A stretch of DNA of 64,000 bases from an uncultured delta proteobacterium (lineage in GTDB: Bacteria > Desulfobacterota > Desulfobacteria > Desulfobacterales > SG8-13): assembly GCA_963848135.1 (NCBI GenBank), contig CAWKCK010000018.1, positions 262,938 to 326,937 of the forward strand, read 5' to 3'. Made by a program: the position numbers and the translations under genes. This document shows positions 39,619-48,210 of this stretch, in pieces; the stretch's first letter is position 1, and each line of letters begins with the position of its first letter. The notes under the pieces are model-generated. The model made no database searches, was not told the origin of the DNA, and worked only from the letters and a program-made list of their open reading frames with translations.

Positions 39619-40902
39619 CTAAGTATTTTCAATAATGATAAAAGGGGCACATTTATATAATGCTACTTTGAGGGTGGTATTCCCATGCTCAGAAGAAACC
39701 TGGTGTATAAGATTGTCCCAGTTATTGTGAAGGACTGACCTTTTAAACGCGGTTTTCAGCTCTTCCTCTTTTAGGTACTCTGAGAATACGATTATGGTTT
39801 GTCTGCCTAGTTTAATTATTCTTTTAATGATAAATATTTTTTCGAATAAAAAGCGAAAATCCTTAATTTTTAGATTCTTTATACGCCTTTTGATTCTGGC
39901 ACCCAACGGCTTGTTTACTGGGTATAGCTCATGGCTTCCGAGTCCCTTATAGCACGAGGATATTATGACTTTTGAAACGTTTTTTTTTAATCCGTTAAAT
40001 AGCCAAAGCCCCCGGTCATGGGCGAATTGAAAATCCATATCGAAAGGATATGCATCGACTATGACGACATCCGCGTCATCCACTTTATTAAATGTATAAA
40101 GCCCTTTGGCGTATTTGGCGCCTTCCTCGTAAGCGAGTTTTTTGTCCCCGGTAAATAATCCGGCTATATCACGATCTTGATTGAGCACCGCGTTAATAAC
40201 GAAATCCAATCCGGCACGGCTGGCAATAACATCCATTTCTCTCCTTATTTCACTGTCACTACTAATATTGCCCCTTTTACCCCCTTTGATATAATCATGG
40301 ATATACCTTGTTGTTTCGCTTCCGCAAACTCCGGGAACTATGATTTTCGAGCCACCTGAAAAACCGGCGGCAGGATGTGGATAAATACACCCGATACCAA
40401 TAATAACGTCGGAATCAATGATATTTTTGTTCACATAGATAGGCGTCGCTCGTTCCGTCTTTCCTAAATATTTTAGATTGTTTTCCGGATCGTGAGTAAT
40501 GATGTTACCAAAAAGACCGGTGTGACCCTCGACCTTCCTCTCAATGTCCTCCCGACTCATTCTCGGGTGTGTGCCTCCTGCGATGATAACATCTATATTC
40601 TCTGTTATAGCTCCGCCGGCTTTTAATTTTTGCGCAAGAAGAGGTAATATTCTTCCTAACGGTGTTGGCCTGGTTAAATCGTCAATAACGATAGTGATCT
40701 TTTTTTTATCTTTTACAATATCTTCGATTTTTTTCTGGCCAATAGGGTTTGATAGGCAACTTTGAAGCTCACTGTCACTGAGCCTTCTTAAATTTTCAAT
40801 ACCCACAGGGATAATTTTCCATCTATTGGGGAATTTTAATTTTAGCTTCTGATCGTATTTCCATGCGCCGGTTCTCAGCTCAACTATTTGGGGCTGTTCC
40901 AT
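39619..40902 (-). CDS. LarA-family (lactate racemase domain) nickel-pincer-dependent racemase/epimerase
   Basis: DDLTRPTP, IAGGTH, PHPAAGFSGGSK and a downstream His (RYIH) match the LarA N-terminal motifs. Confidence 0.88.
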   Translation of the reverse strand: MEQPQIVELRTGAWKYDQKLKLKFPNRWKIIPVGIENLRRLSDSELQSCLSNPIGQKKIEDIVKDKKKITIVIDDLTRPTPLGRILPLLAQKLKAGGAITENIDVIIAGGTHPRMSREDIERKVEGHTGLFGNIITHDPENNLKYLGKTERATPIYVNKNIIDSDVIIGIGCIYPHPAAGFSGGSKIIVPGVCGSETTRYIHDYIKGGKRGNISSDSEIRREMDVIASRAGLDFVINAVLNQDRDIAGLFTGDKKLAYEEGAKYAKGLYTFNKVDDADVVIVDAYPFDMDFQFAHDRGLWLFNGLKKNVSKVIISSCYKGLGSHELYPVNKPLGARIKRRIKNLKIKDFRFLFEKIFIIKRIIKLGRQTIIVFSEYLKEEELKTAFKRSVLHNNWDNLIHQVSSEHGNTTLKVALYKCAPFIIIENT

Positions 40903-41881
40903 CTGTAATATTTCCCATAATTTTTTTTCTTTTTGAGGATAATAATTTTTGAATTATAAATATTCCGCCGATCAGCGATCCAAATAAGTTTCCCAAGTAT
41001 AATAGAAACGAAAATGCAACGGCTGTAGCCGCGGAAATATTGTAAATCCCAAGCATGTAGATTAACGAGCCTTCGCGGACGCCAAACCCTCCGATTGAAA
41101 TCGGCAGGGTACAGAGGATAAGGATTATTGTCCTAATCCAGCCAATGGTAAGAAAGCTGACGTTTAAATCCATTGAAAGGGCGAATAGATAATGCGCAGT
41201 GATAGCGGTGATATGTTTAGCCAAGTTGAATACGAAAACACCAACAAAGTCTGAATACGTTAGATTGCGATATTCTAATATTGAATTTAATACTTTATTA
41301 ATTTTTTCCGTAATCTTGACCGGTAAAAATTTTATTTTATTCATAAGTTCAATTATTAATGAACTTATTTTCCTGTTAAATATAATAAAATGCAAAATAC
41401 CGAGTATAAAAATCAATGCGGCTAAACCTATTCCCATAAATGTACTTGAATTCGGCGGTTTGTCGAGCACCCAGAAAACAAAACCCAGAACCGATAAGAT
41501 TTGGAAGTCAGTATATCTGTTGAAAACCATGACCGCTAGCGCCTGCGCGGGCATTTTGTCATTCTTGGATATAATGTACCACCTGATTACACCTTCGGAA
41601 ATTACCTGGGGAAGAAATAAATCATAGAATTTGGTGTAATAATTTATCTTCACAATTTCCCAGGTCGAAAATGTCATTTTTTGCTTATCGGTCAGTATCC
41701 GATATTTTTTTGCAGCAAAATAATTGAGAAGTTGAAGCATGAAAGCGCCAAAAATAACATAAGAAATATTCGCTTTTTTGAGGTTTTGGAGGACTTCTTC
41801 GTAGGGTATAATGCTAAAAATATAGACAAGAATCCCTATGGATACTACGGCTCTCAAAACCCAATAGATTTTTTTCTTCAT
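40880..41881 (-). CDS. Lysylphosphatidylglycerol synthase TM-domain (UPF0104/AglD2-like) putative flippase
   Basis: FYDLFLP, LPISIGGFGVREG motif; about 8 TMs. Confidence 0.87.
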   Translation of the reverse strand: MKKKIYWVLRAVVSIGILVYIFSIIPYEEVLQNLKKANISYVIFGAFMLQLLNYFAAKKYRILTDKQKMTFSTWEIVKINYYTKFYDLFLPQVISEGVIRWYIISKNDKMPAQALAVMVFNRYTDFQILSVLGFVFWVLDKPPNSSTFMGIGLAALIFILGILHFIIFNRKISSLIIELMNKIKFLPVKITEKINKVLNSILEYRNLTYSDFVGVFVFNLAKHITAITAHYLFALSMDLNVSFLTIGWIRTIILILCTLPISIGGFGVREGSLIYMLGIYNISAATAVAFSFLLYLGNLFGSLIGGIFIIQKLLSSKRKKIMGNITDGTAPNS

Positions 41882-41908
41882 TGTTTAAATAGGTGTCTTT
41901 TTTGCTTT

Positions 41909-42859
41909 TTAATGGTAATCATATTTTGTAAAATACGGCAGGGTGATCAGTTTAACGATATATTGTCTGATTCTATTTAACTTCAGCTTCCACTCGACAT
42001 CATGTATAATTTCGACATTTCCGTAATTGAATCTAACTGGATTTCCGGCGGCAGTGTGAAATTTTTTTTCTAACATGACTTTTTGATCATTTATAAAATT
42101 AATCTCGACTTTTTCCCCACACACTTTTTCAGCAATTTTCTGAATTGTACCAGTAGGAGACGCCGCGAAATCTTCATATTTCACGCGAATATACCTCCGA
42201 TTAGTATCTCCCCAGAACCCCTCTACAGCAGCATTTTGAATATCCCAATATAAACTGCTCTTAACAATTCCAGCTTGACCGGTATAAACAGTTTTTCCAA
42301 TTTCAGGCTGGTACAGGCGTTTTTCAAGTTTTGAGAATGCTACGCCTCTCGGATCCCGGATTAAATGAACAATATACATGTCGATGCCTTCAATTTTATC
42401 TAATATTTTCCCGTAAGGAGCCGTTTTCGAACAATCAACAATAACATTGCACCGGGTTTTCTCCTGAATAGCCAGGTATAATTTTTCAAGTGTTCCGGAA
42501 AATTCTCTGACATTTTCATTGGAAAAAAACTTTTTGCCGTCAGTAAGCATCATCAAAGGAATGTGCCTCATAAAAGCGCTTTTCTGTCTTAATTTATAGA
42601 TATGTTTCCCACTGATGTTTTGAAATCCATCATAGGCGAAGTTAAAAATGTCGATCCAGAATCCACACTCCTTTAAAGGTTTCCCGCATCCACATACTCG
42701 ATTCTCGATGAGACCGTATCTCCATATTTTGCACATTTCTCCAGCAAAATAGAATCCAGACAACTGCCCGAGGATGTTGCTCAAAATTGTGCTGCCGCTC
42801 CTTCCAGATCCAGCAATGTATAATACCTTTAATTTTTTATTTTCCATCTTGATTGTCAT
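41909..42859 (-). CDS. Sulfotransferase
   Basis: 5'-PSB loop IAGSGRSGSTIL, 3'-PB motif HLIRDPRGVAFS, VKYEDF. Confidence 0.9.
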   Translation of the reverse strand: MTIKMENKKLKVLYIAGSGRSGSTILSNILGQLSGFYFAGEMCKIWRYGLIENRVCGCGKPLKECGFWIDIFNFAYDGFQNISGKHIYKLRQKSAFMRHIPLMMLTDGKKFFSNENVREFSGTLEKLYLAIQEKTRCNVIVDCSKTAPYGKILDKIEGIDMYIVHLIRDPRGVAFSKLEKRLYQPEIGKTVYTGQAGIVKSSLYWDIQNAAVEGFWGDTNRRYIRVKYEDFAASPTGTIQKIAEKVCGEKVEINFINDQKVMLEKKFHTAAGNPVRFNYGNVEIIHDVEWKLKLNRIRQYIVKLITLPYFTKYDYH

Positions 42860-42878
42860 TCGATCGTTTTATAAGTTT

Positions 42879-44036
42879 TTACCCTACGAAATCGGCATGA
42901 CCTATATAAATTTGCCGTTTAAATATGTTTGAATATTGTTTGGCAATTTTTCCCCAGCTGAAATTCTCTTCTAATCGATTTCTCGCTTTTGCGCTTAACC
43001 TATTACACAATGTAGAACTTTCGGCCAATTCCGTTAAGGCTAATTTTATACCTTCAGAATCTCTGGGGTTCACTAAAATTGCAGAATCCCCAACAACTTC
43101 GGCACACCCTGTATTTTTCGTCGTGATAATCGCCAAGCCTGCGGCCATTGCCTCCAGTAAAACTATTGGAAAATTCTCAGCTTCTGAAGGAAAAACGAAT
43201 ATTTTTGAAGTTTCATATAATTCTTTTAATTCTGGAGATGAATTATCCATCCAGCCACAAAAATTGACTTTCACATTTTTTTTCTCCGAAAACGCTTTTA
43301 AATTTTGCAGGTACGGGCCGTCCCCCACAATATTCACTTCATAATCGATACTCAGGCCTGAAAGAGCGTCAAGAATATATTGAACGCCTTTCCTTTTTAT
43401 CATCCTCGTGACGACAAGGATTCGATTTTTCTTTTTCCTAGTATGATTAAATTTTGATATTTTAATTCCATTTGGCACCAAAAAGGTTTTTGTATCAGGT
43501 TTTCTTTTTAAAATGAGGTTTCGAATGGTTTCACTCGGGCAGACTATTCCACTGGAGTTGGCTATAACCCTTTTCCAAATGGGATTTAGAATTTCGTGCT
43601 GAATTTGAAAACGGTCAGGATTGTAACCCGGCACATCGGAACCATGAGCGGTAATAAGGTAGGGCAGTCCAGTCGCTTTCTTAACTATATTTGAAATTAG
43701 TCCATCCGGGAATATAAAGTGGGTGTGGTTTAGGTGATATTTGTTATTTTTTACTAAGGTTTTTACAATGGGGATCGCATTAATGATATAGGTTCCCATT
43801 TCATGGGAAAGACAAACGGACTCTTTTTTTCTGATGCAAGGAACTCTATATATATTTAAACCGTCAAATTTCTCGTAAAGTGGAAGCTCTTTAAATCTCA
43901 TGGTAACAATGTCAATGTTAAACCCTATTTTTACGAGCTCTTTAGAGAGTCCAAGAACAACTTTCCCTCCCCCTCCCCCAATTGGCGGAAATTCATAGCA
44001 TAGTACCAATAAGTTCTTTTGTTTTTCGTTAATCAT
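42879..44036 (-). CDS. Glycosyltransferase family 4
   Basis: YEFPPIGGGG, TAHGSDV, ENFPIVLLEAMAAG. Confidence 0.93.
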   Translation of the reverse strand: MINEKQKNLLVLCYEFPPIGGGGGKVVLGLSKELVKIGFNIDIVTMRFKELPLYEKFDGLNIYRVPCIRKKESVCLSHEMGTYIINAIPIVKTLVKNNKYHLNHTHFIFPDGLISNIVKKATGLPYLITAHGSDVPGYNPDRFQIQHEILNPIWKRVIANSSGIVCPSETIRNLILKRKPDTKTFLVPNGIKISKFNHTRKKKNRILVVTRMIKRKGVQYILDALSGLSIDYEVNIVGDGPYLQNLKAFSEKKNVKVNFCGWMDNSSPELKELYETSKIFVFPSEAENFPIVLLEAMAAGLAIITTKNTGCAEVVGDSAILVNPRDSEGIKLALTELAESSTLCNRLSAKARNRLEENFSWGKIAKQYSNIFKRQIYIGHADFVG

Positions 44037-45412
44037 AATTTGAGTGCGTTGGCTTCGATGTACAATGCCATTATCTTGTCGGTAATCAACTTTATATCTG
44101 CCCCGGCATCGATCATTCTAAATTTAGCATCGCGATCATTTAAGTTTTTGTATTTTTCTCTTAGTTCGTTTATTTTTTCACAACTCAGTTCCATTTTCCT
44201 CTGTTGGATGATATTCGCCGTGGTATCGAGCACAAATACGTTGTCAGGTTCAGGCAAACTGTATAGAATTTTCTCCAGAATGTTTTTGGGCAGTTTGATT
44301 TTATAACGAAGTGGATCGATGACAATATCGTAAAAGTACCTATCAAGTATTATCAGTCGATATTTTCCAAGTTCCGGTAAAATCTTGTAAAAATACCCCA
44401 GGGCATAATCCGTCCAAAAGGCAAATAATCTCAGAACCGAAATAAAACTCGTGCTTGTTTGCCAGGTTTTGTAGAAGGTTCTTTTTCCAGTGGATTTAAC
44501 TTTCTTTTTTTTATTTAATAAATGCGTGATGGTCGGAAATACGCCAGGACGAATATGAAATGTATTTTTCCTGTCGATTTCAATTTTTAAAGTCTTGGAT
44601 ATGTCATTATAAAGCTGTTCGGTTATGGTGGATTTGCCGATTCCGTCAGGGCCTAACAAGGTGATCATATATGGGGGTGGTTTGAAGTATAGTCGAAAAT
44701 AATAGACATAGTGCAGAAACAATGCTTTCGCAAAATATCGAGGATTTTTTAAGAAAGACTCTATATAAGTCTGCAGAATAAGCGCTTTCCTATCTTTCTC
44801 TATTTCAGTGACTCTATTAGTCTTCAGCCGGCTTATAATTTTTTCGAAGTTCTTTTCGCTTATTACCCTGTTAACCAACGTTTGGGTATCATGGGGTTTT
44901 TCCTTAATGCCTCTTTCTATTCGCGGCGAATATTTTCCCCACGCAGCGCCGCCTTTCATGATCCCTTTTACAATGCCCAGGTACGCATTTTGGGCTACTG
45001 AAAGTGTTTTCCCAAATCTGCTGTCCTGAGCATTATCTAATATTTCCCGGGAGTTTAAAAACAACCTGCCGCGAAATTCAATATTGTTAAACAGGTCTAA
45101 TTTTATAGAGTGAGTAACTTTTTTTGACTTTTTTAAAGAATAAAATATATACGTATTTCTTTCTTTGTATTTTTGATAATAATAATATCCAAAACCATTT
45201 TTTTTAAAAACTGCTTTTGTGATGGCAGTGGCAATTTTCTTTTGATGATCAGGTACGAGAATATCGATATCTTCTTCACCATTATGTTTGTTGTTAAGAA
45301 TCTCCTTTCTAATTTTTTCGTAATTGCTGAGTATACAAAAATCGATTCCCCGTTGTTGAAACCAATTAAATAATTCATCTAATGTTTCTATGAGTATTTT
45401 ATTTTCGACCAT
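44033..45412 (-). CDS. Nucleotidyltransferase-like plus thymidylate-kinase-like (P-loop) fusion protein
   Basis: N-terminal EEDIDILV and a later KLDL acidic motif; C-terminal GPDGIGKST Walker A and ILDRYFYD (dTMP-kinase DR motif). Confidence 0.72.
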   Translation of the reverse strand: MVENKILIETLDELFNWFQQRGIDFCILSNYEKIRKEILNNKHNGEEDIDILVPDHQKKIATAITKAVFKKNGFGYYYYQKYKERNTYIFYSLKKSKKVTHSIKLDLFNNIEFRGRLFLNSREILDNAQDSRFGKTLSVAQNAYLGIVKGIMKGGAAWGKYSPRIERGIKEKPHDTQTLVNRVISEKNFEKIISRLKTNRVTEIEKDRKALILQTYIESFLKNPRYFAKALFLHYVYYFRLYFKPPPYMITLLGPDGIGKSTITEQLYNDISKTLKIEIDRKNTFHIRPGVFPTITHLLNKKKKVKSTGKRTFYKTWQTSTSFISVLRLFAFWTDYALGYFYKILPELGKYRLIILDRYFYDIVIDPLRYKIKLPKNILEKILYSLPEPDNVFVLDTTANIIQQRKMELSCEKINELREKYKNLNDRDAKFRMIDAGADIKLITDKIMALYIEANALKL

Positions 45413-45755
45413 TAGTCACCGTTTTGTATATATCTTCATAACTTGATCTTTAACAGCTATATTATATAATCGGTATTGTAACCTAATTATGCGGCAGGTC
45501 TTAATTTTCCAAGACGGCAATGCCCGTTGAACGAAGAACCTTTAAAAAGGTTTCTAGATTAGATTTATCCTTGCGTATTTTAGATGGAGGGGGTCCGGGG
45601 TTAGTCGTGGGATACAACACTTTTTTACCGCGAAGATACTTTCCAATAAGTTGTCGAAGATCCTCCTTCACGGCACATTTCCAGTCGACCTGGGAGATAA
45701 TGGTATCGACGTAAGGAAACCTTTGATATATTATTCAGCATCCCAATCATCTCTT

Positions 45756-45811
45756 ACCTAAAGTGAGCGTTTCAAATTATAAATTTATAATTTGAAACGC
45801 TCACTTTAGGT
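45756..45811. repeat. Perfect 56-bp palindrome with no spacer
   Basis: ACCTAAAGTGAGCGTTTCAAATTATAAA followed directly by TTTATAATTTGAAACGCTCACTTTAGGT; 28/28 complementary. Confidence 0.97.
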
Positions 45812-45816
45812 TATGT

Positions 45817-47037
45817 TTAGCGCAACGTGGTTTGATATATTTTTATTAAATTTTGGGAAATGGCACTATAATTTAGTTCCCTATCCGCTAGCTCTTTGGC
45901 ACTTTTTCCCATAGAGCGCGCCAATGAGTTATCACTAAATAATTTCCGGAGAGCTAAATAGAGAGAGTCTATGTCTCTTTTCTGAACGAGGAATCCATGT
46001 ACTCCATCTTCAATGACTTCTCCTATTCCCTCACCGATGCATCCGATTACTGGCTTCCCAAATATCATGGCCTCGCCCCAAACGGCGCCAAAGGCTTCTT
46101 TCCAAGAAGGAAGCACAAAGACATCACACCAAGACATAGTCTTCATAACCTCATCATGTGATACCTGCCCATATAGCTCTACGAAATCGTTTAAATTTAG
46201 ACTATGTATTAGGGTTTTTATCTCTTTTTCCTTCTCTCCACTTCCGATCAATATGCACCTGATCTGGGGAAACTTATCCTTTAATTTATAAACAGCCCGA
46301 ATAAGATATTTGTGGCCTTTTCTCTCAAGGAAAGCCCCCACGCTTAGAATAATTTTTTTGTTTTTGTATTTTTCCGGTCTGGGTTCTTTGATTCTTTCTG
46401 CAACGTCAGTGTCACCGGCATCCCTAACTACACCGGTATTTTTGGTTTTGTGAAAATTTACCACTATCTTTTCAGTCATTTTGTTGCTGGGCGTTATAAC
46501 GTAATCACTCGCCTCAACCACTCGCGAATAAACATTATTTAGATTTTTTATTTTTATCGCCATATCCAAACGCCTCGCGCCGCGTTCATGAAACACGAAT
46601 GGAATTCCATATTTTGCTTTTATTTTGGCACCCATGTAACCACACGGAAACATAAAATTGGTATGCATTACCTGAAAAGGGTAGTTTTTAAAAATATAAG
46701 ATATTGTATCTTTACACCATCGGTATATCAGTTCGGATTCAAAAAAGGGGAAATACTTATAGAGTGAATACCTGACTTCTTTTCTCGGGTAATGAGGGCA
46801 TTTGGGATAATATATCTTCAGGTTGCTCAGTTCGATCATTTGAGGGATGCGCGCCCAAGCTTTTAAATTTGGCGTACAAGCCAACAGTGTCGGGATCCAA
46901 GGCGTTGGCGCGAGAACGACGACATCCACGCCTTGCTCCTTAAGTGCGAGGCAAGTCTTCAGGGCCCAAGTACCCCGGGTCATTTGTTGGGGTACTGGGA
47001 AGAAATCTGATATCCAAAGAATTCTTTTCATAATCAC
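45817..47037 (-). CDS. Glycosyltransferase family 4 (TuaC-like)
   Basis: SVGAFLERKG, DVFVLPSWKEAFGAVWGEAM. Confidence 0.92.
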   Translation of the reverse strand: MIMKRILWISDFFPVPQQMTRGTWALKTCLALKEQGVDVVVLAPTPWIPTLLACTPNLKAWARIPQMIELSNLKIYYPKCPHYPRKEVRYSLYKYFPFFESELIYRWCKDTISYIFKNYPFQVMHTNFMFPCGYMGAKIKAKYGIPFVFHERGARRLDMAIKIKNLNNVYSRVVEASDYVITPSNKMTEKIVVNFHKTKNTGVVRDAGDTDVAERIKEPRPEKYKNKKIILSVGAFLERKGHKYLIRAVYKLKDKFPQIRCILIGSGEKEKEIKTLIHSLNLNDFVELYGQVSHDEVMKTMSWCDVFVLPSWKEAFGAVWGEAMIFGKPVIGCIGEGIGEVIEDGVHGFLVQKRDIDSLYLALRKLFSDNSLARSMGKSAKELADRELNYSAISQNLIKIYQTTLR

Positions 47038-47055
47038 CTTGCCCCCATTTTGAGC

Positions 47056-48144
47056 TTAGCGTCTATCCAATAGTGACTCATATTCTATCACATGGAAATC
47101 TACCGCTTTATTCATTTCAAAGTAAGTATTCACAAAATCGGACCCTTTCTCACCTAACAATCTCCAGGCATCATTTTTTAATAGTATTTCAAGGCCTTTA
47201 TTATAATCTCCATCCTCTGCGCAATATCCAAAATCAGAAGAAATGCGATCAGGATTTACTGAACTTAATATGGCGCACTTATGCGCCGCTGCTTCCAGGA
47301 ATGAATTAGCAAGGCCTTCTCTGGTCGCGGTATTGACAAAGACCCAGCTTTTCCCAAGTATCTCAGAAAGCTGATTTGATTTAAATTGATCAATAAAGCC
47401 GGTCATGTCTAAATTCGGGAGACACGAGTATTTCTCCCTTAAGTACGAATCCCATTTCAAATCTCTGGACTTTCCAACAGCTATAAAATTGACCCGGGGA
47501 AATTTCTTGGCCATTTCAAAGTATATTTCAGGCCTTTTCCTTCTGTCAAAGCGTGCGATATAGCATACTGTCGGAGTTTTAGATTTTTTAATTTTTTTTG
47601 GGATATCTACAGGTGTGGGCAAAAATTTAGGCGGTAATTTTAAAGCATAAATACTTTGAACTTTTGGTATGAGGTACTTTGCAGTCGTGCAAATACGGTC
47701 CATCCGTTTCATAGCGCTTTTAACACAAACATTATTCTCGTAAAGATAATTAAGTATTACCTGCATTCTATTTAAAGACGGCAAACTTAATTCCATTTTC
47801 CAGTCATTGAAATCGCGTGGATCTCTGCATGTGACCATGTGTTTTTTTTGGGGTTTTTGTTTATACGCGAGAAAGGTGCCAAAAGATGGTTCACAAGAAT
47901 GATATATATCGGCGTCACATCTATTGAACCACTTAACTGCGGATAAAGGGTTATATGGATTGAACCCAAAAACGGTCATCCCATCCAGATTCTCGATACT
48001 TTTTTGCCCTTTTCTTTTAGGCACGACAGCACAGACTTCAACGCCACGCTTTACCAATTCTCTTCCAATAATCCGCGTCGCTTTACCGAAACCGCCATAC
48101 TTTCCCCAAGCAAATATTTCAACTGAAATTAGACAAATTTTCAA
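47056..48144 (-). CDS. Glycosyltransferase family 4
   Basis: GKYGGFG, ARFDRRKRPE, EGLANSFLEA. Confidence 0.9.
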   Translation of the reverse strand: MKICLISVEIFAWGKYGGFGKATRIIGRELVKRGVEVCAVVPKRKGQKSIENLDGMTVFGFNPYNPLSAVKWFNRCDADIYHSCEPSFGTFLAYKQKPQKKHMVTCRDPRDFNDWKMELSLPSLNRMQVILNYLYENNVCVKSAMKRMDRICTTAKYLIPKVQSIYALKLPPKFLPTPVDIPKKIKKSKTPTVCYIARFDRRKRPEIYFEMAKKFPRVNFIAVGKSRDLKWDSYLREKYSCLPNLDMTGFIDQFKSNQLSEILGKSWVFVNTATREGLANSFLEAAAHKCAILSSVNPDRISSDFGYCAEDGDYNKGLEILLKNDAWRLLGEKGSDFVNTYFEMNKAVDFHVIEYESLLDRR

Positions 48145-48210
48145 ATCAGTCTCCTTGGACGATTATTCGCGTATAAATGAATATTCATTAATCAGCAAAG
48201 TGAATTTCTT

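Noticed and set aside
45756..45811. Protelomerase (telRL-like) site or linear replicon end
   Set aside because: Only the length matches. No protelomerase or phage genes are present, and the arms match a local MITE-like family.
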